Counted from the stretch's first letter, positions 17,121 to 27,130 are shown. The stretch: DNA of 64,000 bases from Gaiellaceae bacterium (GCA_036278975.1 DASUKC010000089.1:15140-79139), one strand, 5' to 3'. Made by a program: numbers and translations. The notes: generated by a model not told the origin, from the letters alone.

Positions 17121-18308
17121 CTACTGCAGCGCGTGGCCGACGACGCAGCCCGGCCCGAACGCGTCCGTTGGAGGCTGCGGCGCGGACTTGCCGAGGAACA
17201 TCGCGATCGTGGCTGGGTCGTCCTCACTCGGGCTGCCCGTCCCGCCGCCCCCGAGGTCGCCGCCGAGCCGGCAGTGCACCGACGAACCGGCCGATGCGCG
17301 GAAACGCACCCACCCGAACTGCACGAGTTGCCACGCGCTCAGGTCGGTCGTCAGCGGCTTCGCCACCTTCGAGCCGTCGAACGGCATCGACGTCAGCTCG
17401 CCGAACGACGTGAGCTGCGACAACGTCGCGTCCATCACCGCCTGCTGCCGCCCGCCACGCGTGATGTCGTTGTCCGCGGGGTTGAGTGAGTTTTCGCGAA
17501 TGCGCGAGTAGACGAGCGCGCGCTGGCCGTTCATGTGCTGCGTTCCCTTGTGGAACTGCCAGCCGGGCCACTTCTCGCAGGCCGCCGCGGTCGCATACGG
17601 ACAGTCGAAGCGATTCGAGACGATCTTCTCCGGCACGTTCACCGTGATGCCGCCGATCGCGTCGATCAGATCCTTGAACGCCGCGAAGTTGACGACGACG
17701 ATGTGATTGATCGGCAGTCCCGTGAACTGCCCGATCGTCTTGATCGCGAGCGCAGCGCCGCCGATCTGGAACGCCGCGTTGATCTTCTGCGTCGAGTAGC
17801 CCGGGATCGGCACGACGAGGTCGCGCGGAATCGAGAGGTAGTACATGCGGTGGTGGCCCGGGTCGCTGCGCATCAACATGATCGAGTCCGAATGCCGGTC
17901 GGTCTGCCTTCCCGTGATGTCTGCGTTGTCGGTGCCGAGCAGCAGCACCGTCGTCGAATGCGAAAGCAGGAGCCCGCCCTGCTTCGTCAACGCGGCTTTC
18001 GCGTTCGGGTCGAGTCGCTTGTTCGCATCGCTGACGCCGCCCTCGAACGACAACCAGCTGGTGATCCCCCACACGACGAACAGCACGATCAGCACACCGA
18101 TGGCGATCCCAACCCAGCGCAGCCACGGTCTGCGACGGCGGCGCGCACCAGGGCCGCGATAGTCGGGGCCGCCGGTCGCGGTGCTCTTCTTCCTGCGCAG
18201 GCTGAAGTGGAAGCCCGGCGCGCGCGTGGGGCGCTCTGCCGCCGACGGGACCTTTCCTTTCGTCCGTCCACCGCGATAGACGCGGTACGGCTTCTCATCG
18301 GGCGCCAT
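17121..18308 (-). CDS. LCP (LytR-CpsA-Psr) family cell-envelope phosphotransferase
   Basis: N-terminal TM, then ..LLLGTDNAD..RSDSIMLMR..YLSIPRDL.. LCP core. Confidence 0.88.
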   Translation of the reverse strand: MAPDEKPYRVYRGGRTKGKVPSAAERPTRAPGFHFSLRRKKSTATGGPDYRGPGARRRRRPWLRWVGIAIGVLIVLFVVWGITSWLSFEGGVSDANKRLDPNAKAALTKQGGLLLSHSTTVLLLGTDNADITGRQTDRHSDSIMLMRSDPGHHRMYYLSIPRDLVVPIPGYSTQKINAAFQIGGAALAIKTIGQFTGLPINHIVVVNFAAFKDLIDAIGGITVNVPEKIVSNRFDCPYATAAACEKWPGWQFHKGTQHMNGQRALVYSRIRENSLNPADNDITRGGRQQAVMDATLSQLTSFGELTSMPFDGSKVAKPLTTDLSAWQLVQFGWVRFRASAGSSVHCRLGGDLGGGGTGSPSEDDPATIAMFLGKSAPQPPTDAFGPGCVVGHALQ

Positions 18309-18334
18309 TCGGCGGGTTACGTTACCCCGCAGCC

Positions 18335-19207
18335 ATGAAGGCCAATCGGGTGATCGGTGTCGACCTCGGCGGGACGAAGATCCTGGCGGGTGTCATCGAT
18401 GCCGATGGCCACGTGCACGAGACGGTCGAGCACCCGACGCCGACGACCTCATCGGCCGCACTGCTCGACGGATTGGCGGCCGCCGTGAACGAACTGCCGC
18501 ACGACGATGTGGCCGCCGTCGGCTTCGGTATCCCCTCGCGCATCGACCACCGCAACGGCATCGCGCTCGGCTCCGTCAACACGCCGATCCGCGACGTTCC
18601 GTTCATCGACGAGATGCGCAGGCGCCTCGATCTTCCTGTCGCGATGGAGAACGATGCGACCTGTGCCGCGTACGCCGAGTACGTGCACGGAGTCGGCCGC
18701 GGCACCACGGACTTTGTGATGCTCACGCTCGGCACGGGTGTCGGCGGCGGCGTCGTCACCGGTGGGCAGCTGTATCGCGCGTGGACGGAGCTCGGCCACA
18801 TGGTGATCGTCGAAGACGGTGTGCCGTGTCAGGGAGCGTGTACCGGTCGTGGGCACGTCGAGGGGTACTGCTCGGGAACAGCAGCGAATCGTCTCGCGCG
18901 CGAAACGCTGGGGCCGGACGCGACCGCGCGCGATCTGATCGAGCAGTCGCATCCCGTGCTCGCGACCATCGGCCACCACCTCGGCGTCACGATCGGGTCG
19001 CTCGTGAACATCTTTGGCGCCGAGCGTTTTGCGATCGGAGGCGGTTTCGGCGTCGCTGCGTTCGACCAGCTCGTTGCGGCCGCACGCGCAGCGGTGTTGC
19101 GCGAGGTGCTGCCCACATCTGGTCAGGACGTCGAGATCGAGTGTGCGCTGCTCGGCGCCGAGGCGGGCCTGATCGGCGCAGGGCTCGTCGCCTTCGAGGC
19201 GTTGTAA
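18335..19207 (+). CDS. ROK-family glucokinase
   Basis: VIGVDLGGTKILAGV.., ENDATCAAYAE, GTGVGGG, and a C..C..GH Zn motif. Confidence 0.88.
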   Translation: MKANRVIGVDLGGTKILAGVIDADGHVHETVEHPTPTTSSAALLDGLAAAVNELPHDDVAAVGFGIPSRIDHRNGIALGSVNTPIRDVPFIDEMRRRLDLPVAMENDATCAAYAEYVHGVGRGTTDFVMLTLGTGVGGGVVTGGQLYRAWTELGHMVIVEDGVPCQGACTGRGHVEGYCSGTAANRLARETLGPDATARDLIEQSHPVLATIGHHLGVTIGSLVNIFGAERFAIGGGFGVAAFDQLVAAARAAVLREVLPTSGQDVEIECALLGAEAGLIGAGLVAFEAL

Positions 19208-20008
19208 GTGCTCGCGGTCTGCGCGACGCCGATCGGCAACCTCGAAGACGTCACGCTGCGCGTGCTCGCCGTCCTTCGTGACGTCGACATCGTTCTCGCG
19301 GAGGACACGCGCCACACGCGTGGTCTGCTCGAGCGCCACGACATTCGCGCAACGCTGCTCTCATACCACGAGCACAACGAAGCCGCGCGCACGGCAGAGC
19401 TCGTGCCGCGTCTGCTCGCGGGCGAGCAGATGGCGCTCGTCAGCGACGCCGGCCTGCCGGGCATCTCCGACCCCGGCTTGCGCCTGATTCAAGCGGCGCA
19501 CGAGGCCGGCGTGGAAGTCACCGTTCTCCCCGGCCCGTCGGCCGTCGAGACCGCGCTCGTCGCGAGCGGGCTCGGCGCGGACCGATACGCGTTCGTCGGC
19601 TTTCTGCCGCGGCGCGGCGGCGAGCTCGCAGCGCTCTGGCAGGAAACCGCGGTGTGGGGGATGCCGATCGTCGCGTTCGAGTCACCGAAGCGCGTCGGCA
19701 AAGCTCTCGCATCACTCGCCGAGTTCGATCCGCAGCGAGCGGTTGCGGTGTGCCGCGAGCTCACGAAGCGCTTCGAGGAAGTCGTCCGTGGAACCGCCGC
19801 CGAACTTTCGGTCCTGTTCGGAGACGACGTGCGTGGCGAGATCACGGTCGTCGTCGACGCGCCGGCCGCAGCGCTTGCACGCGACGACGACGCGCGCGAC
19901 GCGGTGCGCGAGCTCATGGCGGCCGGCGCATCTCACCGTTCAGCCGTAGATGTCGTCGCACGTCTTACGGACATGTCCAAAAAGGACCTGTACGACGCGA
20001 CTCTGTGA
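19208..20008 (+). CDS. rsmI: 16S rRNA (cytidine1402-2'-O)-methyltransferase
   Basis: LAVCATPIGNLEDVTLR..EDTRHT..SDAGLPGISDPG. Confidence 0.9.
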   Translation: MLAVCATPIGNLEDVTLRVLAVLRDVDIVLAEDTRHTRGLLERHDIRATLLSYHEHNEAARTAELVPRLLAGEQMALVSDAGLPGISDPGLRLIQAAHEAGVEVTVLPGPSAVETALVASGLGADRYAFVGFLPRRGGELAALWQETAVWGMPIVAFESPKRVGKALASLAEFDPQRAVAVCRELTKRFEEVVRGTAAELSVLFGDDVRGEITVVVDAPAAALARDDDARDAVRELMAAGASHRSAVDVVARLTDMSKKDLYDATL

Positions 20009-20025
20009 CAACTTTGTAATCTCGA

Positions 20026-20054
20026 TTGACAACAGCACAACCGCTGCCTAGCCT
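20026..20054 (+). promoter_or_regulatory. candidate sigma-70-type promoter of the M23 gene
   Basis: TTGACA (20026-20031), 17-nt spacer, TAGCCT (20049-20054) in an unusually AT-rich intergenic stretch. Confidence 0.5.
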
Positions 20055-20057
20055 GGA

Positions 20058-20071
20058 CGAACATTCGTTCT
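20058..20071. promoter_or_regulatory. LexA-type SOS (Cheo) box cGAACattcGTTCt
   Basis: Perfect GAAC-N4-GTTC core at 20059-20070, 4 nt downstream of the candidate -10 element. Confidence 0.6.
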
Positions 20072-20090
20072 CAAGCAAGACAACAACTAG

Positions 20091-21386
20091 GTGGTGATGG
20101 CGTTGTCGTTGATGCGCCCCTTTCTCCTGGCGGCTATGGCCGCTGTTGCGCTCGCCGCTGCACCCGCAGCGGGAGCTTGGACGTGGCCCGCGAGCGGCGC
20201 CGTCGTCCAACACTTCGTCTTCGACGCCGCCCATCCATACGCCGCCGGCGAACATCGCGGCATCGACATCGCAGGACCTGCCGGCGCCGCCGTGCTTTCA
20301 CCCCGCGCGGGTGTGGTGACGTTCGCCGGCAAGGTGCCCTCTTCGGGGCTCAGCGTCACCGTGACGACCAGCGATGGCTACGCCGTCACGCTCACGCAGC
20401 TCGGCGCGCTCGCAATTGCGAAAGGCACCGTGGTGGCCGAGGGCGACACGATCGGAACGATCGGCGCCGGGGGCGTCGTCCACCTCGGTGTTCGCATCGC
20501 CACGCAGGACCAGGGCTATGTCGACCCAGAGGCGCTGTTGCCCGTACGCGCGGTAGCGGTACCGCCGTCGCCGCCGCCCGCGCCTCAACCTGCGCCGCCG
20601 CCGACACCGGCGGTGACGGGCACGACACCCGCTTCCGGCGTAATCGCGCCCGCCGTCGTCAACGCGCCTGCGCCGGTTGTCACTGCGCCCGCAGAATCGG
20701 TTGCGCCGGCGCCCGAGCCTGCGACGACTGAGCCCACGACGACTGAGCTTGCGACGAATGAGCCCGTAACGGCTGAGGTTTCCGGGTTGACCGTTGCTCC
20801 GACGCAGCCCGCGGTGGCTCAACCGAGGGCATCTGCGATCCAGATCGCGACGCCCGCAGCTCGCCGAATCGCGAGGCCGACTCCACAGGTCGTCGTTCGC
20901 AGCACCCCTGAAGCGGCACCGACCCACCAGGTGGCGCGGCCGGTCACGCACGTGGAAGCTTCCAAGGCGACGCTCTGGCTTCCCGCGCCGCTGCCGGCTG
21001 TAGCGCGCCCGCACCTCGTCCCGCCCCGTGCGACACAACGCACCCCGATCCCTGGACGGTCGCACGCGCCGTTCGTGCTCGGAATGGCGGCGCTACTGCT
21101 CACCCTTTGCGCCGCAGCCGTCGCAGCAGTGCGGCTGAGAGCCGCTCGTATCATTGCCTTCCATGGCGACGAAACCTCGGAAGATCCTGGTTGCGCCGGC
21201 CTGGCCGTACTCGGCGGGCTACCGGCACCTGGGGCACGCCGCGACGTACGTGCCGTTCGACGTGTACGCGCGCTATCACCGGCTGGCGGGCAACGACGTG
21301 CTCGCGGTCAGCGGCACGGACGAGCACGGCACACCGGTGATGGTCGCCGCGGACCGGGAGGGGAAGTCGTATCGGGAAATTGCTGA
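20091..21386 (+). CDS. M23/LytM-domain protein (apparently degenerate active site) with Pro/Ala/Thr-rich linker and C-terminal TM segment
   Basis: Signal peptide ..[17 protein letters not shown] (HxxxD) is present, but the HxH position reads HLG and the YxH position reads TQL. TM segment [20 protein letters not shown] near the C-terminus. ATG at 20097 is an alternative start. The 3' end overlaps metG by 233 nt. Confidence 0.7.
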   Translation: MVMALSLMRPFLLAAMAAVALAAAPAAGAWTWPASGAVVQHFVFDAAHPYAAGEHRGIDIAGPAGAAVLSPRAGVVTFAGKVPSSGLSVTVTTSDGYAVTLTQLGALAIAKGTVVAEGDTIGTIGAGGVVHLGVRIATQDQGYVDPEALLPVRAVAVPPSPPPAPQPAPPPTPAVTGTTPASGVIAPAVVNAPAPVVTAPAESVAPAPEPATTEPTTTELATNEPVTAEVSGLTVAPTQPAVAQPRASAIQIATPAARRIARPTPQVVVRSTPEAAPTHQVARPVTHVEASKATLWLPAPLPAVARPHLVPPRATQRTPIPGRSHAPFVLGMAALLLTLCAAAVAAVRLRAARIIAFHGDETSEDPGCAGLAVLGGLPAPGARRDVRAVRRVRALSPAGGQRRARGQRHGRARHTGDGRRGPGGEVVSGNC

Positions 21387-22956
21387 CTTCTATAACCGCG
21401 CGCACCGCGAGGACTTCCAGCGACTTGGCTTTACGTACGACTGCTTCACGCGCACGACGACTCTGAACCACGCGCGCGTCACGCAGGACATCTTCAAGAC
21501 GCTGTACGACAAGGGCGCGATCGTCGAGAAGCAGCAGCTCGTCTCGTTCTCGCCGGTGACAGGGCACACGCTGCCCGACCGCTACATCGAAGGCACGTGT
21601 CCCATCTGTGGTTATCCGGAAGCGCGCGGCGACCAGTGCGACAACTGCCTCAACCAACTCGACCCCGTCGACCTGATCAACCCGCGCTCGAAGATCGACG
21701 GGTCAGTCCCGGAGTTCCGCGAGACGAACCACTTGTTCCTCGACCTGCCGCAGTTCGCAGAGACGCTGCACGCGTGGATCGCCGCGCACGACAAATGGCG
21801 TCCGAACGTCCGCAACTTCTCGCTCAGCCTGGTCGACGACCTCCGCCCGCGCGCGGTGACGCGCGATCTCGACTGGGGCGTGCGCATTCCGGTCCCCGGG
21901 TACGCGGAAGACGAAAATAAGCGCATCTATGTCTGGATCGACGCAGTGGTCGGCTACCTGTCGGCGAGCATCGAATGGGCCACGAACATCGGCCGCCCAG
22001 AGGCGTGGCGCGAGTGGTGGCAGAACCCCGACTCGACGCATGCGTACTTCCAGGGCAAGGACAACATCGTCTTCCACACCGTGATCTGGCCCGCCGAGCT
22101 GATCGGCTACGGCGAAGGCGGCGACGTCGCCGCCGGCGCGCCGCTCGAGCTTCCAGACGATGTCTTCGCCGGCGAATACCTGAGGATAGAAGGAGCACAA
22201 TTTTCTGCGAGTCGTGGCCACTCGATCGACGTGCACGACTTCCTCGATCGCTACGACCCGGATCCACTGCGCTACTACCTGATCGCCGCCGGGCCAGAGA
22301 CGCAGGACGCCGACTTCACGTGGGCAGATTTCGTGCGTCGCAACAACGACGAGCTTGTCGCGAACTGGGGCAACCTCGTCAACCGTACGCTGACGAACGC
22401 GCACCGCAACTTCGGCGAGGTGCCGCAGCCGGCCGAACTGGCGACCGCCGACTCCGAGCTGCTCGCGGGTGTCGACGCCGGCTTCGACAGCGTCGCCGCG
22501 CACATCGAGGCGGGCCGCTTCCGCGCGTCGCTCGGCGAGGCGATGCGACTCGCGTCGACCGTCAACCAGTACCTCTCCGACCAGGCGCCTTGGGCGCTCA
22601 TCAAGACCGATCGCGAACGTGCGGCCACCGTTCTCTATGTCGCGCTGCGCGCTGTCGACAGCCTGAAGGTCGTGTTCACGCCGTTCCTGCCGCACACCTC
22701 GCAGCGCCTCCACGAGCTGCTCGGCTACGACGGCTGGCTCGCCGGGCCGCTCGAGTTCCGCCAGGTGACCGAGGAGAACGGCGACTCGCACGAGGTGCTC
22801 ACGGGCGACTATGCGAGCTGGACCGGCAGCTGGACGCCGAGCGAGCTCACGCCCGGCCAGAAGCTGCTCGAGCCGGAGCCGCTCTTCAAGAAGCTCGACG
22901 ACTCGATCGTTGCCGAGGAGCTCGAGCGCATGCAGGGCAGCGCCGACACCGAATGA
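21154..22956 (+). CDS. metG: methionine--tRNA ligase
   Basis: ..[21 protein letters not shown].. (HIGH-like), Zn knuckle [17 protein letters not shown], and the class I aaRS pattern. Confidence 0.95.
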   Translation: MPSMATKPRKILVAPAWPYSAGYRHLGHAATYVPFDVYARYHRLAGNDVLAVSGTDEHGTPVMVAADREGKSYREIADFYNRAHREDFQRLGFTYDCFTRTTTLNHARVTQDIFKTLYDKGAIVEKQQLVSFSPVTGHTLPDRYIEGTCPICGYPEARGDQCDNCLNQLDPVDLINPRSKIDGSVPEFRETNHLFLDLPQFAETLHAWIAAHDKWRPNVRNFSLSLVDDLRPRAVTRDLDWGVRIPVPGYAEDENKRIYVWIDAVVGYLSASIEWATNIGRPEAWREWWQNPDSTHAYFQGKDNIVFHTVIWPAELIGYGEGGDVAAGAPLELPDDVFAGEYLRIEGAQFSASRGHSIDVHDFLDRYDPDPLRYYLIAAGPETQDADFTWADFVRRNNDELVANWGNLVNRTLTNAHRNFGEVPQPAELATADSELLAGVDAGFDSVAAHIEAGRFRASLGEAMRLASTVNQYLSDQAPWALIKTDRERAATVLYVALRAVDSLKVVFTPFLPHTSQRLHELLGYDGWLAGPLEFRQVTEENGDSHEVLTGDYASWTGSWTPSELTPGQKLLEPEPLFKKLDDSIVAEELERMQGSADTE

Positions 22957-22966
22957 TCAAAACAGT

Positions 22967-23701
22967 GTGATCGATACGCACGCGCACTTCGGCGACGACG
23001 CCGACGATGTGCTCGCCCGTGCACGCGAGGCGGGCGTCTCGCGTGTGGTCGCGGTGGCGACGACGATCGACGAGGCGCGCCGCGTGCTCGACATCGCCGA
23101 GCGCACCGAGGGTGTCTACGCCGCGCTCGGCGTGCACCCGCACGAAGCTGCGAGCGACAACGCCGCGCGGGTCGACGAGCTCGCGGAGCTGCTCACGCAT
23201 CCGCGCGCGGTCGCGGTGGGCGAGACGGGCCTCGACTACTTCCGCGACTACGCGCCGCACGATGCGCAACAGCGTCTCTTCGAGCGCGAGCTCGAGCTTG
23301 CGCGCGGCGCCCGCAAGCCGGTCGTGATTCACACACGCGCTGCAGACGACGACACCCTCGCACGGCTCGTCGTGCATGAGGGTCGAGTGATCCTGCACTG
23401 CTTCTCCTCGCCTGCGCTGCTCGAGCCGGCACTCGAGCACGGCTGGTGGGTGTCGTTCGCTGGCAACGTCACGTACAAGAACGCGTACGACCTGCGTGAC
23501 GCGGCACGCCGCGTGCCTGCGAACCGCATCCTCGCGGAGACCGACAGCCCGTACCTTGCGCCGCAAGCGGTTCGCGGCCGGCGGAACGAGCCGCAGTACG
23601 TGATGCAGACGCTCGCCGTGCTCGCCGAGTTGCGCGGTGTCGAAGCCGGCGTGCTCGCGCAGCAGATCGACGCGAACGCCGACGAGGTGTTCGCACTATG
23701 A
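22967..23701 (+). CDS. tatD: TatD-family metal-dependent hydrolase
   Basis: VIDTHAHF..., ..GETGLDYFR.., ..HCFS.., ..ETDSPYLAP.. GTG 22967, 10 nt after the metG stop. Confidence 0.9.
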   Translation: MIDTHAHFGDDADDVLARAREAGVSRVVAVATTIDEARRVLDIAERTEGVYAALGVHPHEAASDNAARVDELAELLTHPRAVAVGETGLDYFRDYAPHDAQQRLFERELELARGARKPVVIHTRAADDDTLARLVVHEGRVILHCFSSPALLEPALEHGWWVSFAGNVTYKNAYDLRDAARRVPANRILAETDSPYLAPQAVRGRRNEPQYVMQTLAVLAELRGVEAGVLAQQIDANADEVFAL

Positions 23702-23765
23702 GCGTAGGCTCGACGGAGCTCATCAAAGAGCGGAGGCGCCGGCTTGGCCGGCGCCGGAGCGGGAA

Positions 23766-24521
23766 ATGAACGTGACGCCGAAGAAGAGCCTCGGCCAGCA
23801 TTTTCTGGTCGACCTGAATATTCTCGGCGTGATCGAGCGACTCGCCGAATTGAAGAGCGGCGACGTCGTGCTCGAAGTCGGGCCGGGCCTCGGCGTGCTC
23901 ACGCGCTTCCTCGCAGAACGCGTCGGCGTGGTGCATGCGGCGGAGATCGACCGGCGGCTCGAGGCAGAGCTTCCGCGCAACGACAACGTGCAGATCCACT
24001 GGGGCGACGCGCTTGCCCTCGACATCGCAGCACTTCGTCCGCCGCCGACGAAGCTGGTGGCAAACCTGCCGTACAACATCGCGACGCCACTCGTCGCCGA
24101 GAGCCTGGCCGTGCAGCAGCTCGACCTGTGGTGCGTGATGGTGCAGCGTGAAGTCGCCGATCGCTTCTTCGCGGAACCGTCGACGAAGGCGTACGGCGCA
24201 GTGTCCGTGCTCCTTCAGCTGGCGACCGAGCGCACGGGCTTTCATCCCGTGTCGCGCGAGGTGTTCAGGCCGCGGCCGAACGTCGAGTCGGCACTGGTCG
24301 CGTTTCGCCGTATCGCGCCGGGTGCGGACGAAACCACGAAGAGAGTCGTGGAAGCTGCGTTCTCTCACCGTCGCAAGACACTCGCGAATGCTGTCGCCTT
24401 GTCCGGCATCGCATCGCGCGAACAGGCGGTCGCCGCGCTCGCGACGCTCAACGTAAGAGATGACGTGCGCGCGGAAGCGTTGTCACCGTCGCAGTTCGTT
24501 GAATTGGCACGGCAGCTGTGA
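23766..24521 (+). CDS. rsmA: 16S rRNA (adenine1518/1519-N6)-dimethyltransferase
   Basis: MNVTPKKSLGQHFLVD..VLEVGPGLGVLT..ANLPYNIATP. GGAG SD before ATG 23766. Confidence 0.93.
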   Translation: MNVTPKKSLGQHFLVDLNILGVIERLAELKSGDVVLEVGPGLGVLTRFLAERVGVVHAAEIDRRLEAELPRNDNVQIHWGDALALDIAALRPPPTKLVANLPYNIATPLVAESLAVQQLDLWCVMVQREVADRFFAEPSTKAYGAVSVLLQLATERTGFHPVSREVFRPRPNVESALVAFRRIAPGADETTKRVVEAAFSHRRKTLANAVALSGIASREQAVAALATLNVRDDVRAEALSPSQFVELARQL

Positions 24522-25321
24522 TCGGCCCCGCACCCGCGAAGATCAACCTCGCGCTCGTCGTCGGGCCACGCCGCCCTGACGGCAAGCACGAGCTCGCGAC
24601 GATCTATCAGCGTGTCGACCTGTGCGACCGCGTCCGAGTTGAGCCGGCAGCGACGACATCTGTCGAAGGCTTTGCCGGCGACACGATCGTGCGAACGGCG
24701 CTCGCAGGCCTCGACGCGCCACACGGCTGGCGCGTGCGGCTCGACAAGAAGATTCCCGTCGCCGCGGGGCTCGGCGGAGGCAGCACCGATGCGGCAACTG
24801 CGTTGCGGCTCGCAAACGTGCAACTGGCACAGCCGCTTGCACCCGAGCGTCTGCATGCCTTGGCTGCGGAGATTGGCGCCGACGTCCCGTTCTTCCTCGG
24901 CGACGGGCCGCAACTCGGCACCGGCGACGGCACGCAACTTGCACCGCTCGAGCTGCCGCAGGACTTCGCGGTGCTGCTCTTCCTGCCGGATGGCGAGACG
25001 AAGCGATCGACCACCCAGGTGTACGCCGACTTCGACGCGCGGCGTGGGGAGGACGGCTGGGAGCAACGGCTCGGTGAGCTGCGCGCGGCGCTCGCCGTGT
25101 TGCGCCGCCCTCGCGACCTCGCGGCGCTGCCGCCGAACGATCTCGCGTCATCGCCGTGGAGCGGCGAGCTGCTGGAGCGCGGCGCGTTTCGCGCCGACGT
25201 TTCCGGCGCCGGTCCGACCGTGTACGGCCTGTTCCATCACCGCGCGGATGCACGCCGCGCAGGGCGTGATTTGAAGCGCGTCGGGCAAGTCTGGATCACG
25301 GTTCCAGCGTGGTACGGTTGA
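24518..25321 (+). CDS. ispE: 4-diphosphocytidyl-2-C-methyl-D-erythritol kinase
   Basis: PAKINLALVV.. and KKIPVAAGLGGGSTDAA (GHMP motif). GTGA overlap with rsmA. Confidence 0.93.
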   Translation: MIGPAPAKINLALVVGPRRPDGKHELATIYQRVDLCDRVRVEPAATTSVEGFAGDTIVRTALAGLDAPHGWRVRLDKKIPVAAGLGGGSTDAATALRLANVQLAQPLAPERLHALAAEIGADVPFFLGDGPQLGTGDGTQLAPLELPQDFAVLLFLPDGETKRSTTQVYADFDARRGEDGWEQRLGELRAALAVLRRPRDLAALPPNDLASSPWSGELLERGAFRADVSGAGPTVYGLFHHRADARRAGRDLKRVGQVWITVPAWYG

Positions 25322-25326
25322 CGTCC

Positions 25327-25689
25327 ATGTTCGGCTCGCACGCGATCGACAACGACTCGAGTCGGAGCAGCCGGTGGCTGCGCGAGCATCGCCTGCGCTT
25401 CACGCTGTGGCTCGCCGCCGCGGAAGGGCTGCTGTATCTCGTGCACGTCATTCGCTGGTGGGAGGCGATCGTGCTCGCGATCATCGGCGTCGCTGTGTAC
25501 GCCTTCGGCGGGCGTACGAGCCGGGTGGACGCCGTGCGCGAGGCGACGTGGATCTTCGCCGCCTCGCAGCTTCTTCTGCTGCTTGTCCCGATCGTCTGGA
25601 CGATCGCCAAGGCGGTCGCGATCGCAGTCGTTGCGCTGGCCGCGGTTGCAGGACTCATCTTCCTGTTCCTCGAGCGCGAACGGCACTAA
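25327..25689 (+). CDS. hypothetical membrane protein
   Basis: Three hydrophobic helices (LWLAAAEGLLYLV.., IVLAIIGVAVYAF.., AVAIAVVALAAVAGLIFLF). Start is ATG 25327 or GTG 25309. Confidence 0.5.
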   Translation: MFGSHAIDNDSSRSSRWLREHRLRFTLWLAAAEGLLYLVHVIRWWEAIVLAIIGVAVYAFGGRTSRVDAVREATWIFAASQLLLLLVPIVWTIAKAVAIAVVALAAVAGLIFLFLERERH

Positions 25690-25716
25690 CGGACCGAACC
25701 TATACTCGCCGCACTG

Positions 25717-25790
25717 TGGGGCGTAGCCAAGTGGTAAGGCAGCGGGTTTTGGTCCCGCGATCCCAGGTTCGAATCCTGGCGCCCCAGCCA
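25717..25790 (+). tRNA. tRNA-Gln (anticodon TTG), CCA encoded
   Basis: Cloverleaf read by eye: acceptor TGGGGCG/CGCCCCA, anticodon stem GCGGG/CCCGC with loop ttTTGgt, T arm CCAGG-TTCGAAT-CCTGG, discriminator G plus CCA. Confidence 0.9.
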
Positions 25791-25801
25791 CGTTTCCCCC
25801 G

Positions 25802-27130
25802 ATGACCGCGAAGCCGCTCGCATCCGTCCTGATGGCCGCCGGCCTCGGCACGCGCATGCGCTCGTCCGTGCCCAAGCACTTCCACGAGATCCTCGGCCGC
25901 CGCATGGTCGACTGGGTGATCGAAACTGCACGCCGCACGGGCGCGGAGCCGATCGTCGTCGTCGCGTCGCAGTCGGGTCGCGACGAGTTCGGTACGAACG
26001 TCACGGTCGCCGTGCAGGAACAGCCGCTCGGAACCGGCGATGCGGTGCGCTCTGCGCGCGGCGCGCTCGAAGGATTCGACGGCGACGTGCTGATCCTGTC
26101 GGGCGATACCCCGATCCTGACGGCCGGGTTGCTCGGCGATCTCGTCGAGACGCATCGACGTGAGGGTGCAGCGGCGACGATCCTCACCTTCATCCCGGAC
26201 GATGCGCGTGAATACGGCCGCATCGTTCGCGGCGCAGACGGTGCTGTGCTGCGCATCGCAGAAGGCAAAGACGCCACGGCGGAAGAGCGCGAGATCCGCG
26301 AAGTGAACAGCTCGATCTACGTCTTTCGCGCGTCGGCGCTTTGGCCCGCCCTCGACAAGCTCGAGCCGAAAAACGTGCAGGGCGAGCTGTACCTCACCGA
26401 CACGATCGGGCTGCTCGTCGACGACGGGCTGAAGGTTGCGGCGCACATCGCGCCTGATCCGGACGAGACGCAGGGCGTCAACACGCGCGGCGAGCTCGCG
26501 TACGCCGCGGCGGCCCTGCGTAACCGCATCAACGCCGAGCACATGGACAACGGTGTCACGATCGTCGACCCGGGAACGACCTGGATCGACCCGACCGTCG
26601 TCATCGACACCGACGCCGTCATCCACCCATTCACGGTCCTTCGCGGCGCGACCGTTGTTCGCGAAGGCGCGGAAGTCCACCCGCACGTCGTCGCGATCGA
26701 CGCAGAGATCGGACAGGGTGCGGCGGTCGGCCCCTTCTGTTACCTTCGCCCTGGGACGGTCCTCGGCAAGTCCTCAAAGGCGGGCACCTACGTGGAGATC
26801 AAAAACTCCCGCATCGGCGACCGGACGAAGGTCCCGCATCTGTCGTACATCGGCGATGCGGAGATCGGCGCGGACACGAACGTGGGCGCAGGCGCGATCA
26901 CCGCCAACTTCCCGCATCGTCCCGGTCAGCCGAAGGGCAGGACGACGATCGGGAGCAACGTCAGGACCGGTATCCACAATGGCTTCGTCGCGCCGGTGGA
27001 GGTGGGTGACGGGGCTTGGATCGCTGCAGGTTCGGTGATAACGAAGGACGTCCCCGCGGACGCGCTGGGCATCGCACGCCCGCGCCAGGAGAACAAGGAG
27101 GGCTATGCAGCCCGACATCGCGACGACTGA
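25802..27130 (+). CDS. glmU: bifunctional UDP-N-acetylglucosamine pyrophosphorylase / glucosamine-1-phosphate N-acetyltransferase
   Basis: VLMAAGLGTRMRS..PKHFHEILG.., then C-terminal hexapeptide repeats. Confidence 0.95.
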   Translation: MTAKPLASVLMAAGLGTRMRSSVPKHFHEILGRRMVDWVIETARRTGAEPIVVVASQSGRDEFGTNVTVAVQEQPLGTGDAVRSARGALEGFDGDVLILSGDTPILTAGLLGDLVETHRREGAAATILTFIPDDAREYGRIVRGADGAVLRIAEGKDATAEEREIREVNSSIYVFRASALWPALDKLEPKNVQGELYLTDTIGLLVDDGLKVAAHIAPDPDETQGVNTRGELAYAAAALRNRINAEHMDNGVTIVDPGTTWIDPTVVIDTDAVIHPFTVLRGATVVREGAEVHPHVVAIDAEIGQGAAVGPFCYLRPGTVLGKSSKAGTYVEIKNSRIGDRTKVPHLSYIGDAEIGADTNVGAGAITANFPHRPGQPKGRTTIGSNVRTGIHNGFVAPVEVGDGAWIAAGSVITKDVPADALGIARPRQENKEGYAARHRDD

